From NCBI GenBank assembly GCA_018401295.1, contig JAGYLJ010000001.1, positions 27,901 to 91,900 on the forward strand: a stretch of DNA of 64,000 bases. The letters run 5' to 3'. Made by a program: the position numbers and the translations under genes. The stretch is from a bacterium (GTDB lineage: Bacteria > Patescibacteriota > Minisyncoccia > Phycocordibacterales > UBA12079). Shown one piece after another: positions 54,307 to 62,590 of this stretch; position 1 is the first letter of the stretch, and every line of letters begins with the position of its first letter. Below the pieces are notes generated by a model. The model had not been told where the DNA came from. It made no database searches and saw only the letters and a program-made list of their open reading frames with translations.

Positions 54307-55161
54307 ATGAATAAACAAAAGGTAAAAAATATTTTGATTTTGTTTGTTGGTTTTTTGGGTGGGGTGTTATTTTTGTTTGCTATTGGATTAAATGATTTCC
54401 AAGTAGTTCAAAATACTCAAACAGCCCTTGTTGTTGAATCACAAAAAGAAAATATAGAGGTTAAACCTACACAAATTGAGAAAAATAATAATGAGGAAAA
54501 TCTTGAAATTTTTTATCCTGTTGTAAAAGTTGTTGATGGGGATACTGTGACTTTAAACATTGATGGTCAAAAACAAACTCTTCGTCTAATTGGAATAGAC
54601 ACTCCAGAAACTGTTGATCCAAGAAAACCAGTGCAGTGTTTTGGAGTAGAAGCGTCAAATAAAGCTAAAGAAATTTTAATAGGACAGAAAGTAAGAATAG
54701 AAAAAGATTCAAGTCAGGGCGAATTAGATAAATATGGAAGATTACTTGCTTATGTTTTTCTAAAAGACGGAACTAACTTTAATAAAATGATGATAGACCA
54801 AGGTTATGCTTATGAGTATACTTATGATTTACCATATAAATATCAAACAGAATTTAAGTTGGCAGAAGATACAGCAAGAATAGAGAAAAGGGGATTGTGG
54901 GCTGAAGATACTTGCAACGGAGATGCCACCAAAGCTCAAGAAATACCTGTTGTAGAACAAAATGATCCTATAACGCCATCTAACTCAACAACCATTTCAA
55001 AACCGATTAAAAGTGATTGTAGTAGTAATGTATATAATTGCACTGATTTTAAAACTCATACTGAGGCACAAGCCACTTATGATTATTGTGGCGGTGTAAA
55101 TAATGACATTCATAGGTTAGATAATGATAAAGATGGAGAAGCTTGTGAAAGTTTACCTTAA
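54307..55161 (+). CDS. Secreted thermonuclease (SNase) with a C-terminal Excalibur calcium-binding domain
   Basis: 'VVDGDTVTL....LRLIGIDTPE', 'YGRLLAYVF' and 'GYAYEY'. C-terminus 'CTDFKTHTEAQATYDYCGG....LDNDKDGEACE'. Confidence 0.85.
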   Translation: MNKQKVKNILILFVGFLGGVLFLFAIGLNDFQVVQNTQTALVVESQKENIEVKPTQIEKNNNEENLEIFYPVVKVVDGDTVTLNIDGQKQTLRLIGIDTPETVDPRKPVQCFGVEASNKAKEILIGQKVRIEKDSSQGELDKYGRLLAYVFLKDGTNFNKMMIDQGYAYEYTYDLPYKYQTEFKLAEDTARIEKRGLWAEDTCNGDATKAQEIPVVEQNDPITPSNSTTISKPIKSDCSSNVYNCTDFKTHTEAQATYDYCGGVNNDIHRLDNDKDGEACESLP

Positions 55162-55245
55162 AATAAGATGTTTTTTCGGTGAATTTTTGAAATTCATAAA
55201 TTAAATCTAACCCAAAGTCTTAATAGTATTAAAGAGATAAATGTT

Positions 55246-56205
55246 TTATTTGGTAGAGTGTTGTTTACTAGCCCCTTCTTCTGGGTTACTAGATTCTGTT
55301 CCTGAAGCTGGAGGGATTGAGTCTGATAAATCTTCTTGGATATTATTAATCTCTTTTTTATTTATATCACCAATTTCTTTAACTGTAGCCTTTTTAACTT
55401 TATAGATAGGGGTTGCAATTTTAAGAAAAATTTCCATTGTATACATATGAAATTTGACACCGTGTTCAGAAATTTCTTTTATTAATTCTGGTTTTGGTCC
55501 GATTGTTTTTTTATTTATTTTTAACCACCAATCTTCTTTATTGTCGTTTGTTACAAAAATAATAGGTTTTTTGTCCTCTAATGTTTTAACCATTTCCATT
55601 ATTTGATACCACCCTATCCAGTCACCGTACGGGTAGTTTTTTTTGATATCTTTATATCCAGGTGGTATCTCTTTTGAGATTCTTGCGCTCCCTTTATTTT
55701 CAATAGACTGGATATCTTCACAAGGGGATCCCACTTTACCCTTAAAAAGGCTATCTATTTTATTTCTTATTGGATCGCTATTAAACCAATCAGGATGTTT
55801 TTTTTCTGTTTTTTCTATTTCCTTTATAACTATTTCTATTGATTTTGAAATTTTACTTAATAAATTATCTATATTTAAAAAAGGGTGTTGCTGTTGATCT
55901 TTTTTGATTTCATTTGAAATTGAAGCAAATCCCCTAGATAATTTTTCTGAAGTATTTTTGTAAAAAATCGATTGATCCTCAATGATTTTAAGTCTTTTTC
56001 TTTGGTATTCTAACGCAAATTGATGAGGTAACCATATTCTATTTCCCATTTTTTCAAGTATATTTAAAAACTCGTTTCGAGTTTCTGTCGAATACTTATA
56101 TAAGTTTAAAAGTATATTTGCATCAAATATAAAAATAGCATCTTTCCATAGTTTGTTTTTTTCAGTAGTACTTAATGAATAATATTCTTTGAAAGTTTTT
56201 TTCAT
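55246..56205 (-). CDS. PIN-like domain protein (DUF4935 type)
   Basis: N-terminal 'IFIFDANILLNLYKYS' and 'IWLPHQFALEYQRKR', later 'IIFVTNDNKEDWW'. Confidence 0.55.
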   Translation of the reverse strand: MKKTFKEYYSLSTTEKNKLWKDAIFIFDANILLNLYKYSTETRNEFLNILEKMGNRIWLPHQFALEYQRKRLKIIEDQSIFYKNTSEKLSRGFASISNEIKKDQQQHPFLNIDNLLSKISKSIEIVIKEIEKTEKKHPDWFNSDPIRNKIDSLFKGKVGSPCEDIQSIENKGSARISKEIPPGYKDIKKNYPYGDWIGWYQIMEMVKTLEDKKPIIFVTNDNKEDWWLKINKKTIGPKPELIKEISEHGVKFHMYTMEIFLKIATPIYKVKKATVKEIGDINKKEINNIQEDLSDSIPPASGTESSNPEEGASKQHSTK

Positions 56206-56211
56206 GTTATT

Positions 56212-56481
56212 TTATAGACGGACATTAATCCATGTCCAAATATCTCGATGCATCCATCCTTGATGAGCTCCGTTTACTATTTGTGTTATGAAAATTCTAT
56301 CATTAATATCTAAGTGAACTCTAAGATTTTCATATATTTGACCAGAAGTCCATGTTGTGGAAACAAACCAAACTGAGTCTAATCCATTATCTCTTATAAA
56401 GTCATAACGTCTTAATGCAGAATAAAGACTGTTGTAGTCTTTCCCTGTTTTATTAAGATCATAAGTAATTAAGTAAACCAT
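56212..56481 (-). CDS. Small protein with a Cas2/VapD-like beta-alpha-beta-beta-alpha-beta pattern (tentative)
   Basis: 'MVYLITYDL...YNSLYSALRRY...SVWFVSTT...QIYENLRVHL...DRIFITQI' parallels the VapD/Cas2 layout (compare VapD 'MYAIAFDL'). Sits 6 nt upstream of the PIN-like gene. Confidence 0.3.
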   Translation of the reverse strand: MVYLITYDLNKTGKDYNSLYSALRRYDFIRDNGLDSVWFVSTTWTSGQIYENLRVHLDINDRIFITQIVNGAHQGWMHRDIWTWINVRL

Positions 56482-56510
56482 TTTTGAATTATATCATAAT
56501 TTACAAAACA

Positions 56511-56550
56511 TAAGAAAACCGACCCGATCCCCAGACGGGGACGGGTCGGT
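56511..56550 (-). terminator. Rho-independent terminator following tRNA-Asn (lies inside the island end)
   Basis: Minus strand: accgacccg-tcccc-gtct-gggga-t-cgggtcggt followed by tttctta. Confidence 0.6.
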
Positions 56551-56560
56551 TTCACCAAAA

Positions 56561-56584
56561 TTGTCTGCTCCGGCGGCAGGGCTC
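56561..56584. repeat. att-type direct repeat at tRNA-Asn (last 17 nt of the tRNA + 7 nt of flank)
   Basis: Identical to 29997..30020. Confidence 0.85.
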
Positions 56585-56640
56585 GAACCTGCGACAAAGC
56601 GATTAACAGTCGCTTGCTCTACCAACTGAGCTACGCCGGA
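56568..56640 (-). tRNA. tRNA-Asn (anticodon GTT)
   Basis: Manual cloverleaf: acceptor TCCGGCG/CGCCGGA, D arm GCTC-AGTTGGTA-GAGC, anticodon arm AGCGA-CTGTTAA-TCGCT, variable TTGTC, T arm GCAGG-TTCGAGC-CCTGC, discriminator G. CCA is not encoded. Confidence 0.95.
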
Positions 56641-56882
56641 ATGTTTTGTTTTATAAATTCTCTTCCTCTAAAACTTTTTAATTGCTTCTCTCTTTTTAAA
56701 GCTGAAGCTCTGTCTAAAAATTTTTCTTTATAAAAAACCTCCCAATTTCCAGAAAATTTTGATGTATAGCTTCTGACAAAAGTTTTCTTGTTATGCATCT
56801 GTAATCTTTCTCTTATATTCTGGGTTTGCCCTATATAAAAAACATTATTCTCTTTATTATATATAGCATAAACAATGTACAT
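56631..56882 (-). CDS. GIY-YIG nuclease family protein (small, UPF0213/YhbQ-like)
   Basis: 'MYIVYAIYNKENNVFYIGQTQNIRERLQMHN' and 'REKQLKSFRGRE'. The last 10 nt, including the TAG stop, lie inside tRNA-Asn. Confidence 0.85.
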   Translation of the reverse strand: MYIVYAIYNKENNVFYIGQTQNIRERLQMHNKKTFVRSYTSKFSGNWEVFYKEKFLDRASALKREKQLKSFRGREFIKQNIPA

Positions 56883-56914
56883 ATTTTATCTAAAATATAC
56901 CACAACATAATCTA

Positions 56915-56954
56915 TTGCTCTACCTCCGCCGGCTGGCGGATGAGCTACGCCGGA
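56915..56954 (-). pseudogene. Partial copy of tRNA-Asn positions 1-26 with a 16-nt hairpin replacing 3 nt of the D loop
   Basis: Plus strand ttgctctacc[tccgccggctggcgga]tgagctacgccgga versus the genuine ttgctctacc[aac]tgagctacgccgga at 56614..56640. Confidence 0.8.
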
Positions 56955-56965
56955 ATACTTCTCGT

Positions 56966-56993
56966 ATTTTACACAAAAATTAAGCAGAAGTAA
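56966..56993 (-). promoter_or_regulatory. Putative sigma-70-type promoter upstream of the tRNA fragment/GIY-YIG/tRNA-Asn unit
   Basis: Minus strand: TTACTT-N16-TAAAAT, about 11 nt before the tRNA-fragment 5' end. Confidence 0.35.
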
Positions 56994-57062
56994 ATATTAA
57001 ATTAATATTAAACCTGTGTATTTTCAATCTTGCAAAATTCTGTTTTGTGATATAATTAACCT

Positions 57063-57773
57063 ATGAAAAAATATGTAATTTTGATTGTATCGCTCATAGC
57101 CATACTAATTCTAGTTTTTGCTATTATTAGTAATAGAGAAATAAAAACATTAACGTTACCTTTAGAAGAAGTAAATTTAGAAGAAACAAATTTAGGGGAA
57201 GAGATAAAAGAAAGAAATTCAGGTGGTTATAAAATAACAGATGACGCTATTTTTATTAATTTACCCCAAGACATTGGGTTAACGGGGACAACAAGTGATA
57301 TGATTACAAATCAAGCTACATCGAGTTTAAGGTTAACTAGTTCTATATTTAATAATCAAGAAACAATTCCCTCGAAATACACCTGTGATGGTGAAAATAT
57401 AAGTCCTTCTTTTGAAATATTTGGAGTAAACCCTGAGGCCAAGTCTTTAGTTTTAATTATGGATGATCCTGATGCCTCACCAGAAGTTTGGAACCATTGG
57501 ATTAAATTTAACATTCCTCCTACCACTCAAGAAATAATAGAAGGAGAAGAACCGGAAGGAATTTCTGGGGAAGGAACTGGGGGAGATTTAGGTTATTCAG
57601 GTCCTTGTCCTCCTGATAATGAACACAGTTACGTTTTTAGGTTGTATTCACTAGATGCAGAATTGACTCTCCCAGAAGGGAGTTCTCGAGAAGAAGTTGA
57701 GAAGGGGATGGAAGGACATATTTTACAAACAGCAGAATTAACAGGAAAGTATGAAAGGGTAATAAGTCTGTAA
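57063..57773 (+). CDS. YbhB/YbcL-family PEBP (Raf kinase inhibitor-like) protein, exported
   Basis: 'IPSKYTCDGENISPSFEI', 'LIMDDPDA', 'WNHWIKFNIP' and 'GPCPPDNEHSYVFRLYSLD'. Confidence 0.85.
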   Translation: MKKYVILIVSLIAILILVFAIISNREIKTLTLPLEEVNLEETNLGEEIKERNSGGYKITDDAIFINLPQDIGLTGTTSDMITNQATSSLRLTSSIFNNQETIPSKYTCDGENISPSFEIFGVNPEAKSLVLIMDDPDASPEVWNHWIKFNIPPTTQEIIEGEEPEGISGEGTGGDLGYSGPCPPDNEHSYVFRLYSLDAELTLPEGSSREEVEKGMEGHILQTAELTGKYERVISL

Positions 57774-57872
57774 AGTCTATAAAGTTCATAATGTCGAAAG
57801 TAAAAAATTTGCGAAGCGAATTTTCCCCCTAAAAGCTAACCCCTATAAGCTATAAACTAACCTACTAAATAA

Positions 57873-58100
57873 ATGTATATAAAAGTAAAAGCTTTTCCTA
57901 AATCAAAACAGGAAGAAATAAAGGAAGTAGCTGAAGGTAGATTTGAAATTAAGGTAAAAGAGAAGGCAGAAAAGAATTTAGCTAATCAAAGGATCATTGA
58001 AATAGTAGCTTCTCATTTTAAAGTAGATAAAAAAGATGTTAGAATTATAAATGGGCACCATCATCAAAGTAAATTATTAAGTATTAATTTTGTTGATTAA
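57873..58100 (+). CDS. DUF167 (YggU) family protein
   Basis: 'IKVKAFPKSKQEEI....FEIKVKEKAEKNLANQRIIEIVASHFKV.KKDVRIING' fits the pattern. Confidence 0.7.
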   Translation: MYIKVKAFPKSKQEEIKEVAEGRFEIKVKEKAEKNLANQRIIEIVASHFKVDKKDVRIINGHHHQSKLLSINFVD

Positions 58101-58127
58101 TTTTATTAAGTAATTTAATTAGAGAAT

Positions 58128-58499
58128 ATGAAAAATATAGAAATAAACGAAATTGGAACTGAGTTGGGGAAAAGTGGAAAAGAATATTTGATGAAAAAAC
58201 TGGAGAGTTTAAGAAAATTTATTGATTTTGATGATAAAGAGGTTACTACTGATATTAGAATAAGCAAAGAAACACGAAGTAGTCGTTCAGGCAATATCTA
58301 TAAATCTGAAATTAGTATTATGACCATTGGTAAAAAATATGGTGCAAAAGGAGAAGCCGAAGAACTTTATGCTTCTATTGACGCCATGAAAGATGCCATT
58401 TCTAAAAAGATTTCTTCTCATAGAGGGAAAAAACAGAGTCTTTTCAGAAAAGGCGGTGCAAAAATTAAGAAAATGTTAAAAAAGGATATTAAAAATTAA
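58128..58499 (+). CDS. hpf: Ribosome hibernation-promoting factor / RaiA family
   Basis: 'YLMKKLESLRKF', 'SEISIMTIGKKYGAKGEAEELYASIDAMKDAISKKI' matches the S30EA layout. Confidence 0.7.
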   Translation: MKNIEINEIGTELGKSGKEYLMKKLESLRKFIDFDDKEVTTDIRISKETRSSRSGNIYKSEISIMTIGKKYGAKGEAEELYASIDAMKDAISKKISSHRGKKQSLFRKGGAKIKKMLKKDIKN

Positions 58500-58513
58500 A
58501 TTTTCAAAAACAT

Positions 58514-59116
58514 ATGTCAATTAGTGGTAAAATAACAATCGTATTAGCAATTATTTTAATAATAAGTGGAGTAATATATTTTCAATTTATGAATGATACA
58601 AAACAAGAAATCGATGAAATCGTTCCGGCAGTAAGCGGGAATGTTGTTTTTAAAACTAATTTTGGTGATATTGAATTAGAACTTTTTACTGACAAAGCCC
58701 CTGTGACTGTTGAGAATTTTAAGAAATTAGTCGGAGAGGGTTTCTACGATGGTGTTAAATTTCACCGAATTATAAAAGGTTTTATGATTCAAGGAGGTGA
58801 TCCATTAACAAAAGACGATTCAAATCCAATGTCATGGGGAACAGGCGGTCCCGGTTATTCTTTTGATGATGAACTTTATGCAGGAAATTCTAATGCAATG
58901 GGGACTATTTCTATGGCTAATGCAGGTCCCAACACAAATGGTAGCCAATTTTTTATAAATGTTGCTGATAATAACTCCTTAGACCAAAAACATGTTGTGT
59001 TTGGTAAAGTTGTTAATGGAATGGATGTCGTCGCTCAAATTGAAAATTCAGTAACAGGAGCAAGAGATGTTCCCGTTGAGCCAGTAATAATTGAGAGTGC
59101 TACTTTAATAGAGTAA
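58514..59116 (+). CDS. Cyclophilin-type peptidyl-prolyl isomerase, membrane-anchored
   Basis: 'FKTNFGDIELELF.DKAP.TVENF', 'FHRIIKGFMIQGGDP', 'GTISMANAGPNTNGSQFFI' and 'HVVFGKV'. Confidence 0.9.
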   Translation: MSISGKITIVLAIILIISGVIYFQFMNDTKQEIDEIVPAVSGNVVFKTNFGDIELELFTDKAPVTVENFKKLVGEGFYDGVKFHRIIKGFMIQGGDPLTKDDSNPMSWGTGGPGYSFDDELYAGNSNAMGTISMANAGPNTNGSQFFINVADNNSLDQKHVVFGKVVNGMDVVAQIENSVTGARDVPVEPVIIESATLIE

Positions 59117-59954
59117 TATAATCGATTTCTTTCCCTCCGTCCGGAATAATTCTGTCTATAATAAGCTCGCCGTTTTCAAGGCGGGCTTTTTTGATGATTA
59201 TCCTTTTCCCATTTTGGAAGAAATGGGCTTTTGGCCAAGTATTAAAAGCTTGAATCTTCTTATAGTTTGTTTCAGGGTTATCACTTAAATCAATTAAGCC
59301 ATCATCAGATTTCAGTTTTTGAGTGTAAGTAGCTTCATTGTGATTTTGTTCTTTGATCGTTATCTCTTCATTAATCCATTGTGGAATAATTTTGATTAGC
59401 ATTTGTCCTCCGAGAATAGATAATTGTTTTTCCAGTTCATTTTCTGTTGGTAACTCAGAGAGAGAGTTTTTATAGAGTTGAAATTTTTCCTGGAATATAA
59501 TTGGTCCGTGATCCATTTGCTCATCTAATAGAATTATGGAAACACCTGTTTCTTTTTCATTTCCTAAAATCGCGCTGTGAATGGGGGTAGCGCCTCTAAG
59601 TTTAGGTAAAAGGGAAGGATGGACATTAATAGTTTTGTGTTCGGGTAGGCCTAAAATAGATTGGGGAATTATTTTTCCATAGGCGGCTACGACGAATAGA
59701 TCCCAATTTTCTGATTTTAATTTATTTATGAAAATATCATCCAGTTTTTCAGGTTGTAATGTTGGTATATTGTTTTCATCAGCCCAAATTTTTAGTGGAG
59801 GGGGAGTCAGTCTTAGTTTCCTCCCAGCTGGTTTGTCTGGGGTTGTTATTATTATCTCTGGCAGAAGTTGTGAGGTTGAGATTTTTAGTTGCTCTAAAAC
59901 ACCAACTGCAAACTGAGATGTTCCAAAAAATATTGTTTTTAATTTATTATTCAT
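59100..59954 (-). CDS. fmt: Methionyl-tRNA formyltransferase
   Basis: 'IFFGTSQFAV', 'PDKPAGRK', 'VVAAYGKIIP', 'INVHPSLLPKLRGATPI' and 'TGVSIILLDEQMDHGPII'. Confidence 0.85.
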   Translation of the reverse strand: MNNKLKTIFFGTSQFAVGVLEQLKISTSQLLPEIIITTPDKPAGRKLRLTPPPLKIWADENNIPTLQPEKLDDIFINKLKSENWDLFVVAAYGKIIPQSILGLPEHKTINVHPSLLPKLRGATPIHSAILGNEKETGVSIILLDEQMDHGPIIFQEKFQLYKNSLSELPTENELEKQLSILGGQMLIKIIPQWINEEITIKEQNHNEATYTQKLKSDDGLIDLSDNPETNYKKIQAFNTWPKAHFFQNGKRIIIKKARLENGELIIDRIIPDGGKEIDYITLLK

Positions 59955-59958
59955 ATTA

Positions 59959-61008
59959 TTATATTCCTAATTTTTTTCTATCTCGGGCCATCATTTTATT
60001 GTATGTTTCTAGCGGGTCGGCACCTTCATAGATTATTTGATAAATGAAATCGATAGAAGGAGCATCAATACTATTTTCCCTGGCAATTTCATGGGCAGCC
60101 TTAACTGAATAGTAACCTTCAACAGTTTTATGTTCTTTTTTCATTTCTTCTATTAGTTCTAGCGGGGTTTTTCCGTCAGTGCAAATCCTTTTTCCAAACT
60201 CTTTGTTTCTTGTATCTCCAAAACAAGAAAGCATTATATCACCCCAAAAAGAAGCTGATCCTGGAAGGAAAGTCGTGTCAGAAGCTCCCATCTTTTTAGC
60301 AATTTTATAAACATCAAAAGCAGCTCTAGTAATAAAAGATGATTTAGTACCTATAGAAAAACCTAACCCTTCACAAATTCCGGCCCCGATTGAAATAAAG
60401 TTTTTCAAAGCACCTGCAATTTCAACTGATAGAACGTCATTATTGGTATAAATGCGAAGAGTATCACTGTGGAATAAATCAGCAGCTAATTCAGTACAGA
60501 CATTATTTTGACAAGCTATTTCTGCGATTAAGGGTACATTATTAGCGATATCTTTGGCTATTGTTCCTCCGGAGAAGACTGCAATAGGATTGTTGAATTT
60601 GGTATCTTTAGTATTTTTATGAACAATAGTACTGAGAAGTTCATGAGTTTTGTTATCGATTCCTTTAGAAATAATTATAAAAGTCGTGTCTCTGTTTATC
60701 ATAGGACCAATGTCTTTTAGTGCCTCGTTTATATTCTGGGCGTTAATTCCAATGATAACAATATCTGAATCTTTAATTAAATCTTCTTTATTCTTTAAAC
60801 CTTGAATTTTGTCATTAAAAGCCATTTCTTGAAAATGATAGGGGTGTTTTTTGTCGGTAGTAAAATTATTATAAACATTTTCGTCAATGTCCCAAAAAAA
60901 GAAATTGTAATTATCGTCTTTAGCAAATTTTTTCGTAAGGTAATGGGCGATGGCACAATTGAATGCTCCGAACCCTAAGAAAGATATTTTTTTTACTTGT
61001 TTATCCAT
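59959..61008 (-). CDS. gpsA: NAD(P)H-dependent glycerol-3-phosphate dehydrogenase
   Basis: N-terminal Rossmann 'ISFLGFGAFNCAIA', 'VEIAGALKNFISIGAGICEGLG', 'GDIMLSCFGDTRNKEFG' and 'TVEGYYS'. Confidence 0.75.
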   Translation of the reverse strand: MDKQVKKISFLGFGAFNCAIAHYLTKKFAKDDNYNFFFWDIDENVYNNFTTDKKHPYHFQEMAFNDKIQGLKNKEDLIKDSDIVIIGINAQNINEALKDIGPMINRDTTFIIISKGIDNKTHELLSTIVHKNTKDTKFNNPIAVFSGGTIAKDIANNVPLIAEIACQNNVCTELAADLFHSDTLRIYTNNDVLSVEIAGALKNFISIGAGICEGLGFSIGTKSSFITRAAFDVYKIAKKMGASDTTFLPGSASFWGDIMLSCFGDTRNKEFGKRICTDGKTPLELIEEMKKEHKTVEGYYSVKAAHEIARENSIDAPSIDFIYQIIYEGADPLETYNKMMARDRKKLGI

Positions 61009-61089
61009 GATTATTTATTTTAATATTAATTAATAACATTATACACAGAATGAGAGGGGAGATAAACTAGGAAAATTTAAATAAAAAAA

Positions 61090-61114
61090 CAGGCATCGCT
61101 TTGCGCAATGCCTG
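61090..61114 (-). terminator. Rho-independent terminator of the PAS gene
   Basis: Minus strand: caggcat-N11-atgcctg followed by ttttttt. Confidence 0.55.
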
Positions 61115-61143
61115 GTGGATATGAGGAAGGGGAGTTGTTATAG

Positions 61144-61752
61144 TTATAGGTCTAGGTCCGGATAAAGTTTCTTGGCACATTCCTTACATATTCCATGACT
61201 AAAGTTCATAAAGAAGTTTTTGTTCAAGTATGCCTCAAGTTGTTCCCAGACTCCATCTTCTTTGCGGATTTTTTTGCATGAAGCACATATTGGGAGTACC
61301 TCTCTTAACCCACTCATCTTCTTTGTAATGGCTTCCAATTGTTCAATTCTCTTCCTTTGATCGATAATCATTTTTTCAGTTTCGTCGATATCAGTGCTGA
61401 CGCCAATGATTTTTTTTGGCTGTCCACTTGAGTCCCTTATTACAGAAAAATCTACAAGAAACCATTTGGTTTTTCCATCCTTGCAAAAACTCTCTAGCTT
61501 TATTGTTTGGAGGTCTTTCCCGTTTGAGGTTTGAGTCAACTCATTTTGAATCTTATACGAGATTATCTGATAAGATTCTTTTGTTAAAGCATCTTCTAAG
61601 GATTGACGTAAACCCTCTTCCGCAGTAAAACCCCTTAGTCTCTCTATTTGGGGACTGATGTAGGTCCATGAAAATTCTGGGAGCTTTATTTCCCAGTGAA
61701 TTTGGTTAAAATTCTTTTCTACCAAAGATTTGTAATCTATTGTTCCTTCCAT
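61144..61752 (-). CDS. PAS-domain protein with a C-terminal Cys/His motif
   Basis: PAS-like 'WTYISPQIERLRGFTAEE' and a C-terminal 'ICASCKKIRKEDGVWEQLEAYL......FSHGICKEC' motif found at the end of many PAS sensors. Confidence 0.6.
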   Translation of the reverse strand: MEGTIDYKSLVEKNFNQIHWEIKLPEFSWTYISPQIERLRGFTAEEGLRQSLEDALTKESYQIISYKIQNELTQTSNGKDLQTIKLESFCKDGKTKWFLVDFSVIRDSSGQPKKIIGVSTDIDETEKMIIDQRKRIEQLEAITKKMSGLREVLPICASCKKIRKEDGVWEQLEAYLNKNFFMNFSHGICKECAKKLYPDLDL

Positions 61753-61859
61753 ACCAACTCCTCCTATATTGTTTAATTTAAAAAGGGCAAAAACTAATTT
61801 GGTTCTATTAAAATAATAACTTATTTTTATATATTTGTCAATATCAGAAGATATTAAAC

Positions 61860-62363
61860 TTATATAGTTTTTCTACCATCGATCTTGTCTTCCCTTATAT
61901 TTTTAGCTTTGCTAGTAAAAAGAATTCCATTAAGGTGATCAATCTCATGTTGAAAAACTTGGGCTAAGAGTCCACTACTACCAAAGGTAAATTTTTTTCC
62001 GTGCTCATCTTCTGCTTTTATGAGGGCTTTTTTAGACCTTTCTACTTCGCCATAAACGTTTCTAACACTCAAACACCCTTCTTCCATCCATTGTTTTTCC
62101 TTAGAGAGTTTAACTATTTTAGGATTTATAAAAATTAAGTCTCCTTGTTTATTTTTTTCAAAAAATCTATTAGAAACTACAAAAATCCTTAGAGGTTCTC
62201 CGATCTGGGGACCAGCTAATGCTATGGCATCGTCAGTATTTTTTAGTATATCTTTCATATTAGAAATAATACCTTTTATCTTAGGACTTGAGATTTCATT
62301 TGGAGAAATTTCTTTAGCAGTTTCTTCCAAAATTTTATTTCCTTTTTGTAAAACTTCTACCAT
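61860..62363 (-). CDS. def: Peptide deformylase
   Basis: 'GLAGPQIG', 'EGCLSV' and 'QHEIDHLNG'. Confidence 0.9.
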   Translation of the reverse strand: MVEVLQKGNKILEETAKEISPNEISSPKIKGIISNMKDILKNTDDAIALAGPQIGEPLRIFVVSNRFFEKNKQGDLIFINPKIVKLSKEKQWMEEGCLSVRNVYGEVERSKKALIKAEDEHGKKFTFGSSGLLAQVFQHEIDHLNGILFTSKAKNIREDKIDGRKTI

Positions 62364-62590
62364 TTACCCTGTTAAATAAGATTTGACTTTCATCAACCTT
62401 GTTATTATTAATAACACTTTATATATTTAGTTTATTTTTATTTATTACTCTTGTCAAATCTTAATTTTATTTGTTAAATAGTATTTTACTTTTTGTTATT
62501 TTTACTGATAACTGTTTTTTCTGGAGCTTGTCTATCACTTCCTAAATAAAATTATTTAACAGGGTGAATACTATACCACAGAAATTAGGT

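Larger units (their letters stand above)
30021..56560. mobile_element. Genomic island (defence/prophage-remnant mosaic) integrated at tRNA-Asn
   Basis: Bounded by the 24-bp direct repeat. Content is R-M, a type IV enzyme, a TIR protein, terminase, ParB-methylase, a serine recombinase, a LexA/CI-like repressor and nucleases. Confidence 0.8.
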
